NCBI GenBank assembly: GCA_044226625.1
Contig: JBGAGQ010000006.1
Span: forward strand, 1 to 64,000
DNA length: 64,000 nt
Origin: Thermoanaerobaculia bacterium
GTDB lineage: Bacteria; Acidobacteriota; Thermoanaerobaculia; Multivoradales; UBA5704
Reading direction: 5' to 3'
Shown in pieces: positions 46,961 to 56,874 of this stretch. Below the pieces are notes generated by a model. The model was not told the origin of the DNA, did not search any database, and saw nothing but the letters and a program-made list of their open reading frames with translations. Position numbers and translations under genes: made by a program. Positions within the stretch are counted from its first letter, which is position 1. Every line of letters begins with the position of its first letter.

Positions 46961-47632
46961 TTACTCCCCGAGCTTCGCCTTGAGCTCGGCGAGCGCCGCG
47001 GCAAGCTCCGCGACGCTCTTCTCCAGATCGCTCACGCGCTGAGAAAGCGGTACGGCCGCGGGCCCGGGCGGCGGCTCATCGACGTGGCGCATCGGCTCGA
47101 TCGGGGTCAGATCGATGGCGTTCGGATCGCCCACCCGGTGCCCCCAACGAATCTCTTTCTGGCCGGGACGCCGCGGCAACTCGACGAGCAGGGGCTCTTC
47201 CTCCGCCGCCATCGAGCGGAGCTTCGCCTCGACGTCTTCGAGCGAGGCGAACGTGTGCATCCGCTCGGTCCGCGTGCGCAGCTCGCCCACCGTCTGTGGT
47301 CCGCGCAGGAGGAGGATCGTCATCAACGCCTTGCCCGCCGAATCGAGCCCCCAGCGGCGGGAGACGCTCTGCTGCCAACGCTCCGTCCGCGCTCCTTCGC
47401 TACGCCAGACCAAGGTCTCGTGACGCAGGCGTTCCAGCGCGTCCCAGACCTGCGTCTCCGACAGATCGGTCACCGGCTCTCGGTTCGTCTTTTGATTGCA
47501 GGCGGCGATCAGGGCGTTGACGGTGAGCGGGTAGGTCTCGGGGGTGGTCTGCTCCTTCTCGAGCAGCGATCCGAGAACTCGAAGCTCGATCGAGTCGAAG
47601 GGGCGGGGGATGCGGGCGGACGAGCTCATCAT
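46961..47632 (-). CDS. YceH/DUF480 family protein
   Basis: RVLGSLLEKEQTTPETYPLTVNAL..ACNQKTNREP, LLLRGPQTVGELRTR. Confidence 0.92.
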   Translation of the reverse strand: MMSSSARIPRPFDSIELRVLGSLLEKEQTTPETYPLTVNALIAACNQKTNREPVTDLSETQVWDALERLRHETLVWRSEGARTERWQQSVSRRWGLDSAGKALMTILLLRGPQTVGELRTRTERMHTFASLEDVEAKLRSMAAEEEPLLVELPRRPGQKEIRWGHRVGDPNAIDLTPIEPMRHVDEPPPGPAAVPLSQRVSDLEKSVAELAAALAELKAKLGE

Positions 47633-47954
47633 CCCAAGCCTATCCGATCCAACCCCGGACCGACCCCAGCCGTCCCGCCCGGTCTTGCCTTTCGCAGACA
47701 TCGATGTCACACTGGTACAAATTTCGTTTCGCAAAGGTAAGACGGAAGCCGCCGGAACTGCAGGCGAAGGCCCTCGAATCGTTTCCCTCCCACGCGCCAT
47801 GCCGTGCCTCGCCCCCGTGCCCGACCGAGCCTGAGACCTCCGATGAACGCTGTTTGGACTCGAGGATTTCCACTTTCGGCATCCACCATGCCGAAGGAGG
47901 AGTAGCTGCCGCGTTCGCGGCGATCGTCAACAACCCGCTGTAGGGAGCAAAGTC

Positions 47955-48161
47955 ATGGCCGAGCAGGGCACCGTGAAGTGGTTCAACGACGCGAAGGGAT
48001 ACGGGTTCATCGTGCGTGAGCATGGACCGGATGTCTTCGTCCACCACGCCTCGATCATCGCCGAGGGTTTCCGCACCTTGGGCGAGGGAGATCGCGTCTC
48101 CTTCGAGGTCGTCGAGGGGCCGAAGGGCCTCCAGGCGCGAAACGTCGTCAAGATTTCCTAA
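47955..48161 (+). CDS. csp: Cold-shock protein
   Basis: [27 protein letters not shown]. Confidence 0.97.
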   Translation: MAEQGTVKWFNDAKGYGFIVREHGPDVFVHHASIIAEGFRTLGEGDRVSFEVVEGPKGLQARNVVKIS

Positions 48162-48176
48162 GACCGCTTCGCGACG

Positions 48177-48265
48177 CGTGCCCCCGTCCCGCTCCAGGGC
48201 ACGGGCGACCGTTTTTTCTGCCTAGGAGTCAGCGGAACGAGCCTCGCCAGAAGGTCTGGCGAGGC
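48177..48265. terminator. Terminator-like hairpins between csp and the convergent kinase-TonB gene
   Basis: cgtgccc/gggcacg stem with a nearby T6 run, and an 11-bp stem gcctcgccaga/tctggcgaggc (48241-48265). Confidence 0.55.
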
Positions 48266-48326
48266 CCGCTACGCCTTAGCTCTCTTTTCGTCGCGTCACG
48301 ACGCCGGCCGAGGGGCTCGCACCGGC

Positions 48327-50219
48327 CTACGGCTTGAAGGCGACCCGCAGAACGGTCCACATCCTCACCCGCACGCCGTCCTTGGTCGGCGGGTTGTAGG
48401 TCGCTCTCCGCGCGACGTCCACCGCCGCTTCGTCGAAGCCGTATCCCGCCCGAATGCTCGGCGGCTCGGTCTCCAGGACCTTGCCCCGCTCGTCGACCAG
48501 CACGCGCACGTCGACCGTCGCCGCCTTGTTCAGGCGCCGGGCCGCCGCCGGATAGGTCGGCTGAGGAAGACGGAGCAGCTTCGGCGTGACGACACCCGGA
48601 CCCGGCCGGACGAGATCCCCCACCTGCACCCTCGGGGCGGCCGGAGCCGGAGCGGGCGCCGGAGCGGATTCGACCGGAGCGGCGCGGACCGGCGCCGGTT
48701 CCGGCGCGGACGGCTGAGCTTGAACGGGGGCCGGAGCCGGAGCGGAGGACGCCGGGGCGGACGCCGGCTCCGCGGGACGGCTCGCCGCGCGAGGCGTTTC
48801 GGGCTCGGGCGACTCGATCGGGGCCGGGGCTGGAGCCGGAGCGCTCCCCCTTCCTCGGGTATCTTCGAGCTGCTTCTGAAGCTGCTTGAGCCGGTCGTCG
48901 TATTGCGTCTTGAGCTTGCTCTCGCTCGCTTGGATCTGCGCCTGTACCAGCTGGTCGATCTGCGCTTGGATCTGCTCCTGCGTCATGGCCGGCTGCGCCG
49001 GAGCCGGGGCGGGTACGGCGGCCGCGGCGGGTGCCGGTGGCGGGGCGGCGGCGGGAGTCGAGCGGCCCCGCATCATGAACCAGGCGCCGCCCCCCAGCAC
49101 GGCGAGAAGGACCGCGCCCACGGCGACGAAGATCATCGGGCTCTTGCCCGAGCCGCCGCGCGCCGCGGGAGGCGGAGTGGCGACCGGGGCCGCGCTGGCA
49201 GGCCGCGGGGAGGCCGCCGGCGCGGGCGCCGCTCCGGCGGTGACCACGGGGATCGCCACGGTGGCCGCCGAGGGCGGGCGAAGGTCGAGCTTCTTTTCCG
49301 CCGCGAGCTCCTGGTTCTCCTTCTCGATGTCCTCCCGGAAGAGGTTGTGCATGAAGAAGGCGAGGTTGAAGGTCGTCGGGCTGAAATGACCATCGCTCAT
49401 CAGCTTGGTGATCGCCTTGTGCCAGGTCCCGGCGTCGGCGATCCGCTTGTCGCGCGGTTCGAGGCTCCGCTTGATCAAATCGGCCACCGGCGGCGGAATC
49501 GGCGATCCGTCATGGGCGAGCACCGTCTGATCGACGCGCGCGTTGTACCCCTCGGGCGGGTTGTGGCGCATTCGCTCGCCGGTCAGGAGCTCGAAGAGGA
49601 TCGCGCCCAGCGACCAGCAATCGTCCGCTTTGGCGACCGGCGCGCCGGCGAGTGCTTCGGGAGCGAGATAGGACGAGAGCTCCGGATCGGAGACGCCTCC
49701 CACGTCGCGCAGGCCGGCGCCGACCTCGAAACCGAGGAGCCGCGCTTCCCCTTCGTTCGACACCATCACCAGATGCGGTACGACGCAGCCGTGGACCACC
49801 CGCTGATCGCCCACCCGGCTTTCCGCCGCCACGGAGAGGGCGAGCGCCAGGCGCTCGGAGATCAGCAGCGCGTGATCGGTCGGGATCGGCGACATGCGCC
49901 GCTCGGTCTGCGCGAAGATCGTCGCCAGGTTCTTGCCGGAGATGTAGTCGTAGGCGATGTACGGCTGGTTGCGCACCCGGCCGACGTCGACGCCGTTGCC
50001 GATGTTCGGGCTCTTCAAGGCCGCTTGGATCGCCTGCCCGTTGCCCATCTTCTGCCAGAGCTTGTTGCCGTCGATCCCCTTGCCGTTGAGCACCCGGAGG
50101 AGCGACACCTGCTCCAACCCCCGGGCGCCGACCTTGGCGGCGCGGAACGTCTCGCCGAGGGCGTCCTCGGACAGCTTCTTCAGTAGCAGGTAACTGCCAA
50201 ACTCCTCCGGGATGTTCAT
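48327..50219 (-). CDS. Ser/Thr kinase-like (probable pseudokinase) + TM + Pro-rich linker + TonB C-terminal domain
   Basis: FGSYLLLKKL, YLAPE, D.WSLGAILFELLTG; C-terminal P.YP..ARR...VLVDERG...FDEAA; SD gaggag. Confidence 0.85.
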   Translation of the reverse strand: MNIPEEFGSYLLLKKLSEDALGETFRAAKVGARGLEQVSLLRVLNGKGIDGNKLWQKMGNGQAIQAALKSPNIGNGVDVGRVRNQPYIAYDYISGKNLATIFAQTERRMSPIPTDHALLISERLALALSVAAESRVGDQRVVHGCVVPHLVMVSNEGEARLLGFEVGAGLRDVGGVSDPELSSYLAPEALAGAPVAKADDCWSLGAILFELLTGERMRHNPPEGYNARVDQTVLAHDGSPIPPPVADLIKRSLEPRDKRIADAGTWHKAITKLMSDGHFSPTTFNLAFFMHNLFREDIEKENQELAAEKKLDLRPPSAATVAIPVVTAGAAPAPAASPRPASAAPVATPPPAARGGSGKSPMIFVAVGAVLLAVLGGGAWFMMRGRSTPAAAPPPAPAAAAVPAPAPAQPAMTQEQIQAQIDQLVQAQIQASESKLKTQYDDRLKQLQKQLEDTRGRGSAPAPAPAPIESPEPETPRAASRPAEPASAPASSAPAPAPVQAQPSAPEPAPVRAAPVESAPAPAPAPAAPRVQVGDLVRPGPGVVTPKLLRLPQPTYPAAARRLNKAATVDVRVLVDERGKVLETEPPSIRAGYGFDEAAVDVARRATYNPPTKDGVRVRMWTVLRVAFKP

Positions 50220-50320
50220 CGACTCCTCCTCGAGCGTACCGTCGGGTGAAGCTCCCGCCCGGCCTACTGGAGCCCGCGAACCCGGCGCAAAGCCCCTTTT
50301 CTGCAAATGAATTCCGGGCC

Positions 50321-50349
50321 TAGATACACCACCCCCCGAGGGCTGTCAA
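50321..50349 (-). promoter_or_regulatory. Possible sigma70 promoter
   Basis: TTGACA-17 nt-TATCTA on the minus strand; the -10 is imperfect. Confidence 0.35.
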
Positions 50350-50424
50350 CCAAAAGACGGGGATCGGGCGGGTTGGGAGGCAGCCCTTTCGGAGCGGCCC
50401 TTCCGAAAGACGGCGGTCGGCCCG

Positions 50425-51585
50425 CTAGCGCCCTTGTTCCCGCGCGCGGCGCGCTTCCGCCCGGCGGTCCCGGAAGTACTGGCGCTGCCAGCGCTCGACG
50501 TTGACGTTGTGCTCGGCGAGCGTCGTCGCGAAGGCGTGGGAGCCGTCGTTTTTGCTCACGAAATAGAGATACGGCACCGGGGCGGGCGCCGCGGCGGCGC
50601 GCAGGCTCGCGACGCCGGCCGAAGCGATCGGTCCGGGCGGGAGCCCGGCGAATTTGTAGGTGTTGTAGGGCGAGTCGAGCGCGAGATCCGAGCGGCGGAT
50701 GTTGCCGTTCCAGGTCCCCAGCTTCTTGAGCGCGAAGATCACGGTCGGATCGGCCATCAGCGCGATCCGCTGGGCGAGGCGGTTCTCGTAGACCGCGGCG
50801 ATCAGCGGACGGTCGCCCTCCTTCTGCGCCTCCTTCTCGATGATGCTCGCGAGGGTGACGACGTGCCGGACGCTCGGCGCACCGGGGCGCGCGGCGAGAA
50901 GGGGCGCCACCTGCTTGTCGAACCGGGCGCGGAAGGTCTTCACCAGGGTCGCGACCACCTCGCGCTCGGACACGCCGAGCGTGAAGTTGTAGGTCTCGGG
51001 GAACAAATACCCCTCGAGATCCTGCGCCTCCGGATCGAGGTCTGCGATCAGCTCCGGCGAGCGCATCAGAGAAAGGAAGGCCTCGCGGTCTCCGAAACCC
51101 TCTTTGGCGAGCTGATCCGCCGTCTCCTCGAGGGTCAACCCCTCGACCAGGGTGATCGGATGGCGCGCCACCTCGCCGCGGGAGATCTTGCCTAGGACCT
51201 GGCTCAAACTCTCGGCGCCGGTGAACTCGTACTCCCCCGCCTTGAGCGCCGGGTTGCGCAGGAAGTAGACGAGATAGAACCGGGCCAAGCGGGCGTCTTC
51301 GATCACCCCTTCCCGGGCGAGCAGGCCGAGGATCTGGCCCGCGCTGCTGCCGGGCGCGATGACGACTCGCTTGGAGGGCCCCTCGAACCCCTGGTAGGGA
51401 CGGACGAGCCGTAGGCCGGACCACCCCGCCATGGCGAGCGGCACCGCGGCGATCAGGACCAGGATCCCGAGCCCGAGCAGGAACTTGCGGAAGCCGGAGC
51501 GCTTCCCCTTCTTGCCGGGCCTCTTCGCCGGTTTTCTCGTCGTGTTCTTCGCCACGTTCTTCGCCGAGTCGCCCGCCGGGCTCAT
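50425..51585 (-). CDS. mltG: Endolytic transglycosylase MltG
   Basis: LKAGEY, LEGYLFPETY, LASIIEKE, SPYNTY..GLPPGPI. Confidence 0.95.
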   Translation of the reverse strand: MSPAGDSAKNVAKNTTRKPAKRPGKKGKRSGFRKFLLGLGILVLIAAVPLAMAGWSGLRLVRPYQGFEGPSKRVVIAPGSSAGQILGLLAREGVIEDARLARFYLVYFLRNPALKAGEYEFTGAESLSQVLGKISRGEVARHPITLVEGLTLEETADQLAKEGFGDREAFLSLMRSPELIADLDPEAQDLEGYLFPETYNFTLGVSEREVVATLVKTFRARFDKQVAPLLAARPGAPSVRHVVTLASIIEKEAQKEGDRPLIAAVYENRLAQRIALMADPTVIFALKKLGTWNGNIRRSDLALDSPYNTYKFAGLPPGPIASAGVASLRAAAAPAPVPYLYFVSKNDGSHAFATTLAEHNVNVERWQRQYFRDRRAEARRAREQGR

Positions 51586-52025
51586 GCCTCGACCTCGGCC
51601 CCGAGGGGCGCTCGCGGCTCGGGCCGGGCGAGCGCGTCTTCGAGGAGGATCTGCGCCGCGACCGAGTCGATCCGCTCCCGCGCTCGCTTCGCGTCGACCC
51701 CGGCTTCCCGAAGCCGTTCGGCGGCCGCCACGGTGGTGAGCGCCTCGTCGATCAGGCGGAGCGGCAGGCCGGTGGCCGCCCGGAGCTTCTCCGCAAACCC
51801 TCGGGCGCGCTCCGCCGCCGCCCCTCGGGTACCGTCGACGTTCCTCGGCTCGCCGACCACCAACGCCTCGACCTCCTCGTCGCGGACGATCTCGCCGATC
51901 CGGGCGATCGCCGCCGCGTCGCTCTTGCGCTCGAGGGTGGCGAAAGGGAGCGCGAACGTGCCGCCGGCGTCGGAAATCGCCAGACCGATTCGCCGCTCTC
52001 CGAAGTCGATACCCAGGGTCCGCAT
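51582..52025 (-). CDS. ruvX: YqgF/RuvX nuclease
   Basis: LGIDFGERRIGLAISD, DEALTT, IDSVAAQILL. Confidence 0.95.
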   Translation of the reverse strand: MRTLGIDFGERRIGLAISDAGGTFALPFATLERKSDAAAIARIGEIVRDEEVEALVVGEPRNVDGTRGAAAERARGFAEKLRAATGLPLRLIDEALTTVAAAERLREAGVDAKRARERIDSVAAQILLEDALARPEPRAPLGAEVEA

Positions 52026-52159
52026 GGCAGGGGGGATTCTACAGGTGTGCTAGCATCCGCGCTCGATTTCGCCCCAGGAGCCGTGTCGCGAGCGGCATCT
52101 TTTTAGAGCCTCGCCATCGATCTCCAACCACACGTCGCGAGCACCTATCGAGGATCCCG

Positions 52160-53344
52160 ATGGACGACGTCGTAATCTTAAGCGCTGCCCGCACGCCGAT
52201 CGGAGCCTTCCAGGGCTCTCTGTCCGGCTTTGCCGCCCACGCGCTCGGCGCCAAGGCGCTCGCCGGGGCGATCGAGAGGGCGGGTTTGACTCCCGACCGA
52301 ATCGAACAGGTCAACATGGGAGCGGTGCTCACCGCCGGCCAGGGCCAAGCCCCGGCCCGCCAGGCCGCCCTCGGCGCGGGCTGCCCGACCAGCACCGGCG
52401 CGATCACGCTGAACAAAGTCTGCGGGTCCGGCATGCGGGCCGTGATGGTGGCCGCGAACGACCTGCGTTGCGGCGACTTTTCGCTCGTCGCGGCGGGCGG
52501 CATGGAGAGCATGAGCCAGGCGCCCTATCTCGCGCTCGGCGCCCGCGCTGGCCTCCGTCTCGGCCACGGCAAGCTGATCGATTCGATGATCCACGACGGC
52601 CTGTGGGATCCCTACGGCGACGTGCACATGGGCAACTGCGGCGAGCTCTGCGCGCGCGAGTACGGTTTCACCCGCGAGGAGCAGGACGCCTTTTCGCTCC
52701 GCAGCTATGAGCGCGCCCGGGCGGCCACCGAATCCGGCCTCGCCGCCCGCGAGATCGTCCCGGTCGAGGTTCCGCAGAAGAAAGGTGCGCCCGAGGTCAT
52801 CGCGCGCGACGAAGAGCCGTTCAAGGTCGACCTCGCGAAGATGCCGGGCTTGAAGCCGGCGTTCCAGAAGGACGGCTCGATCACCGCCGCCAACTCGAGC
52901 AAGCTGAACGACGGCGCCGCGGCTCTGGTGCTCACGACCGCGAGCCACGCCGCGGCGAACGGCCTGCGGCCGATCGCCCGCATCGTCGCCCACGCCTCGT
53001 ACGCCCACGCCCCCGAGTGGTACAGCACCGCGCCCGTGTTCGCCGCGCGGCGCGTGCTCGAGCGGGCCGGTCTTTCGGCCGCGGACATCGACCTTTGGGA
53101 AGTGAACGAAGCCTTCGCGGTGGTCGCCATGGCGTTCATCAAAGATCTGGAGCTTGACGCCGAACGGGTCAACGTACGGGGCGGCGCGGTCGCGATCGGC
53201 CATCCGATCGGCTGTTCCGGAGCCCGCATCCTGGTGACGCTGCTCGACGCGCTCGCCGAACGGAACCTCCGGCGCGGCTGCGCTGCCATCTGCATCGGCG
53301 GCGGCGAAGCGACGGCCATGATTGTCGAGCGCATCGACGGGTAG
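52160..53344 (+). CDS. atoB: Acetyl-CoA C-acetyltransferase (thiolase)
   Basis: NKVCGSG, GGMESMS, NEAF, GHPIG.SG, CIGGGE. Confidence 0.92.
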   Translation: MDDVVILSAARTPIGAFQGSLSGFAAHALGAKALAGAIERAGLTPDRIEQVNMGAVLTAGQGQAPARQAALGAGCPTSTGAITLNKVCGSGMRAVMVAANDLRCGDFSLVAAGGMESMSQAPYLALGARAGLRLGHGKLIDSMIHDGLWDPYGDVHMGNCGELCAREYGFTREEQDAFSLRSYERARAATESGLAAREIVPVEVPQKKGAPEVIARDEEPFKVDLAKMPGLKPAFQKDGSITAANSSKLNDGAAALVLTTASHAAANGLRPIARIVAHASYAHAPEWYSTAPVFAARRVLERAGLSAADIDLWEVNEAFAVVAMAFIKDLELDAERVNVRGGAVAIGHPIGCSGARILVTLLDALAERNLRRGCAAICIGGGEATAMIVERIDG

Positions 53345-53404
53345 CCGGAGGCGCCCTCCCTTCGAAGGGTTCGGACACCGAGAACCACGGAGAAACTTCC
53401 AGAC

Positions 53405-55789
53405 ATGAGCCGTCGCGCCCATCCCCTCGCGCTGGTCAGCCTGCTCCCTCTTCTCGCCCTCGGGGCCACCGGATCGCTCTCCGGCCAGGAGGATCCGGCG
53501 CCCGCCGCACCGCCGGCCGAGGCGATGGCCCCGAGCCAGCCGGCTCCCGGCGCGACGCCTCCGGCGACCGCACCTTCCGCGGCCAAGCCCACGACGGCCC
53601 CCGGTGCGACGGCCACCCCTCCGACGATCGCGCCGGCTCCGGCGGGACCGCCGGGAGCCGGGCCGGACCGGATCGACTTCGATCTCAAGTTCCCGGCGGA
53701 AAAAGGGGGCGGCGCCACCTCCGGATCGGCCGAGTCGCTCGAATACCAGCGCGAGGATTACGCCGTGCTCACGGGGGAGGTCCGGCTGCGCTACCAGGAC
53801 GTCGAGATCCAGGCCGACACCGCGGAGATCGACCTCACGAGCAAGAAGGTGCTCGCGCTCGGCAACGTCGTGCTCGACCAGGGACCGCGCCGCCTCTCCG
53901 GCAAGAGCCTCGAGTTCGACCTGTCGACGAAGACCGGCACGATGACCGAGGCGCAGGCCTCCGTGACGCCCGACTACTACTTCTCGGGGGCGCGGATCTC
54001 GAAGGTCGGTGACGCCACTTACACCTTCGAAAACGGCGTCTTCACGTCGTGCAGCCAGAAGAGCCCGGACTGGAGCTTCAAGGTCAAGAGGGCGACGGTC
54101 GAGATCGAAGGCTATGCCCGGGCGCGAAACGCGACGATGCGGGCCAAGAAGCTCCCCATCTTCTATTCGCCGTACATCCTCTGGCCGGTCAAGCGCGAGC
54201 GGAGCTCCGGATTCCTCGTCCCCAACTTCGGCTATTCCGACCGCCGCGGCAGCCTGATCGGCCTCGCCTACTTCCTGGAGCTCGGCCGCAGCTACGACAT
54301 GACGTTTCACGTCGACCCGTATTCCAAGGGTTTCCTCGGTCTCGGCGACGAGTTCCGCTACCAGCCGAGCGAGGGGACCCGCGGCGACTTCCAAGGATAC
54401 GCGGTACGCGACCCCGACGCCCTCCCGAACGAGAACGAGTGGCGCTGGAAGATCAACTGGAACCACGAGATGAACCGCCTTCCGGGCGGCCTCCGCGCGG
54501 TCGTCTCGTACCAAGATTTTTCGGACTTCAACTTCTTCCGCGACTTCGAGCGCGACTTCGACCGCAACACCTTCCGCTTCCAGGACAGCCGCGCCTTCCT
54601 CGCCGGCAACTGGGGACCGCAGGCGTTGAACGTCCTGTTGAACGACCGGAAGACCTTCGTCGGCTCGGGACAGTTCGTGACCCAGCGCAAGCTTCCCGAG
54701 ATCGACTACTCGCTGCGCTCGACCCAGATCGGCAAGTTGCCGCTCTACGTCCAGGCGCAGAACTCGGTGAGCTACCTCGACCTCGAGCGGCCGGGAAGCT
54801 ACTCCGGCCAGTACGGACGCGTCGACCTCTTCCCGCAGCTCACCGTGCCGATCCGCGCTTTCCCCTGGCTGTCGCTTTCGGCCACGGTCGGCGACCGGGT
54901 CACCTGGTACGGCGACACGATCGATCCGCTCACCCAGAAGTTCACCGGCGACACCGAGGTGCGGAACTTGACCTCCGCTTCCGGCCTGATCGTCGGGCCG
55001 TCGTTCTCGAAGATCTTCAACGCCAAGCTGGGCTCGCTCACCAAGTTCAAGCACGTGATCGAGCCGCGCATCACCTATACCTACTTCGGCTCCTACGACA
55101 ACAACGCCTTGATCCCGCTGTTCGACGAGGTCGACTCGTCGTTCTCGCAGAACGTGACCCGCGTCGCTCTGATCAACCGCGTGCTCGGCAAGTCCGACAA
55201 ACCGGAAGACGGCGGTGCTCGCGAGGTGATGTATCTCGAGATCGCGCAGGCGTTCAGCCTGGACGACAAGCAGCCGCTCCAGATCTCCCCCGTGGATCCC
55301 GTGAACAACAACACGACCGAGGGTCCGCTCGAGGCGCTGCTGCGGCTCAACCCGACCAAGGGGATCAACGCCAAGGTCGACCTGTCCTACAACACGCTGT
55401 TCAAGCGGCTGCAGTCGCGTTCGATCACCGGGGGCGTCGATTGGAAGGGCGGCAATTCGTTCGACCTCACCTGGTTCACGAATTACCTGCCCGTTTCGGG
55501 CGACGTGCTCGGCGACCAGATCCGGTTGACCGCGGGCCTGAACGTCATTCCCCGCCGGCTCCGGCTCGAAGGCCAGGTGGCCTACGACCTCGACCGCGCC
55601 AATCTCCAGCATCAGCGGTACGTCGCGAGCTGGACCAGCCAGTGCTGGGGGCTCCGCCTCGAGGTGCGAGACCAGTCGGTGGGCGATCTGCGCAACCGCG
55701 ACTATCGCCTGTCGATCAGCTTGAAGAACGTCGGCACGTTCCTCGATCTCACCGGCCGGACCTACGCCGCCGACCCGCTGGATCAGTGA
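53405..55789 (+). CDS. lptD: LPS assembly protein LptD
   Basis: OstA-like N-terminus (A.GNVVL, FTSC..PDW), R.SGFLVP, beta-barrel ending QCW. Confidence 0.85.
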   Translation: MSRRAHPLALVSLLPLLALGATGSLSGQEDPAPAAPPAEAMAPSQPAPGATPPATAPSAAKPTTAPGATATPPTIAPAPAGPPGAGPDRIDFDLKFPAEKGGGATSGSAESLEYQREDYAVLTGEVRLRYQDVEIQADTAEIDLTSKKVLALGNVVLDQGPRRLSGKSLEFDLSTKTGTMTEAQASVTPDYYFSGARISKVGDATYTFENGVFTSCSQKSPDWSFKVKRATVEIEGYARARNATMRAKKLPIFYSPYILWPVKRERSSGFLVPNFGYSDRRGSLIGLAYFLELGRSYDMTFHVDPYSKGFLGLGDEFRYQPSEGTRGDFQGYAVRDPDALPNENEWRWKINWNHEMNRLPGGLRAVVSYQDFSDFNFFRDFERDFDRNTFRFQDSRAFLAGNWGPQALNVLLNDRKTFVGSGQFVTQRKLPEIDYSLRSTQIGKLPLYVQAQNSVSYLDLERPGSYSGQYGRVDLFPQLTVPIRAFPWLSLSATVGDRVTWYGDTIDPLTQKFTGDTEVRNLTSASGLIVGPSFSKIFNAKLGSLTKFKHVIEPRITYTYFGSYDNNALIPLFDEVDSSFSQNVTRVALINRVLGKSDKPEDGGAREVMYLEIAQAFSLDDKQPLQISPVDPVNNNTTEGPLEALLRLNPTKGINAKVDLSYNTLFKRLQSRSITGGVDWKGGNSFDLTWFTNYLPVSGDVLGDQIRLTAGLNVIPRRLRLEGQVAYDLDRANLQHQRYVASWTSQCWGLRLEVRDQSVGDLRNRDYRLSISLKNVGTFLDLTGRTYAADPLDQ

Positions 55790-55806
55790 TCGGAACTAGA
55801 GATCGG

Positions 55807-56874
55807 ATGAAGGGACTCATTCTTTCGGGAGGCAAGGGGACGCGGCTGCGCCCGCTCACCTACACCTCGGCCAAGCAGCTGGTGCCGGTGGCGAACAAGC
55901 CGGTCCTGTTCTTCGCGATCGAGTCGATCGTCGCGGCAGGCATCACGGACATCGGCATCATCGTGGGCGACACGCGAGACGAGATCCGCGCCGCGGTGGG
56001 CGACGGCTCACGATTCGGCGCGACGATCACCTACATCGAGCAGGACGCGCCGCGCGGGCTCGCCCACGCGGTGATGATCGCCCAGGAGTTCCTCGAGGAT
56101 TCGTCGTTCGTCATGTACCTCGGCGACAACCTGATCGCCGGAGGCATCGCGAGCCTGGTCGAGGAGTTCGTGGCCTCCGACTGCAACTCCGAGATCCTCC
56201 TCGCGGAGGTTCCGAACCCGCAGCAGTTCGGCGTCGCCGAGCTCACGGAAGACGGCAGAGTGCTGCGCTTGGTCGAAAAGCCGAGCGAGCCGAAGAGCAA
56301 CCTCGCCCTGGTCGGTGTCTACATGTTCGACCGGCAGATCCACGAGTCGGTCCGGCGGATCCGCCCGTCCCGTCGCGGCGAGCTCGAGATCACGGACGCG
56401 ATCCAAGACCTGATCGACCGCGGCCTTGCCGTCCATCCGCACATTGTCCGCGGTTGGTGGAAGGATACGGGCAAGGTCGAGGACATGCTGGAGGCGAACC
56501 GGATCGTGCTCGAGACGGTGTCGGCGGAGAACCGCAGCACCCCGGGGCACGGCAGCCGCATCGAAGGGCGGGTCCAGATCGGCGTGGGAGTCGAGATCGT
56601 CGATTCGCTCGTCCGCGGCCCGGTGATCATCGGCGACGGGGCGAAGATCCACCACGCGTTCGTCGGCCCCTATACGTCGATCGGCGAGCGCTGCCGGCTG
56701 GAGCGGTGCGAGATCGAAAACTCGATCATCCTCGCCGATTCCGACATCCACGACATTCCGGGGCGGATCGACGCCTCGCTGGTCGGGCGCAACGTCAAGA
56801 TCGCGCGCAGCCACGAGAAGCCGAAAGCCCACCGTTTCGTCCTCGGAGACAACTCCGAGGTTGGGATCGCCTGA
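55807..56874 (+). CDS. rmlA: Glucose-1-phosphate thymidylyltransferase (long form)
   Basis: LSGGKGTRLRPLTYTSAKQLVPVANKP, YLGDN, RGELEITDA, WKDTG. Confidence 0.93.
   Translation: MKGLILSGGKGTRLRPLTYTSAKQLVPVANKPVLFFAIESIVAAGITDIGIIVGDTRDEIRAAVGDGSRFGATITYIEQDAPRGLAHAVMIAQEFLEDSSFVMYLGDNLIAGGIASLVEEFVASDCNSEILLAEVPNPQQFGVAELTEDGRVLRLVEKPSEPKSNLALVGVYMFDRQIHESVRRIRPSRRGELEITDAIQDLIDRGLAVHPHIVRGWWKDTGKVEDMLEANRIVLETVSAENRSTPGHGSRIEGRVQIGVGVEIVDSLVRGPVIIGDGAKIHHAFVGPYTSIGERCRLERCEIENSIILADSDIHDIPGRIDASLVGRNVKIARSHEKPKAHRFVLGDNSEVGIA

Noticed and set aside
47874-47954. Novel ncRNA upstream of csp (ttcggcat/atgccgaa hairpin)
   Set aside because: Structured 5' leaders are normal for csp genes, and there is no further evidence.
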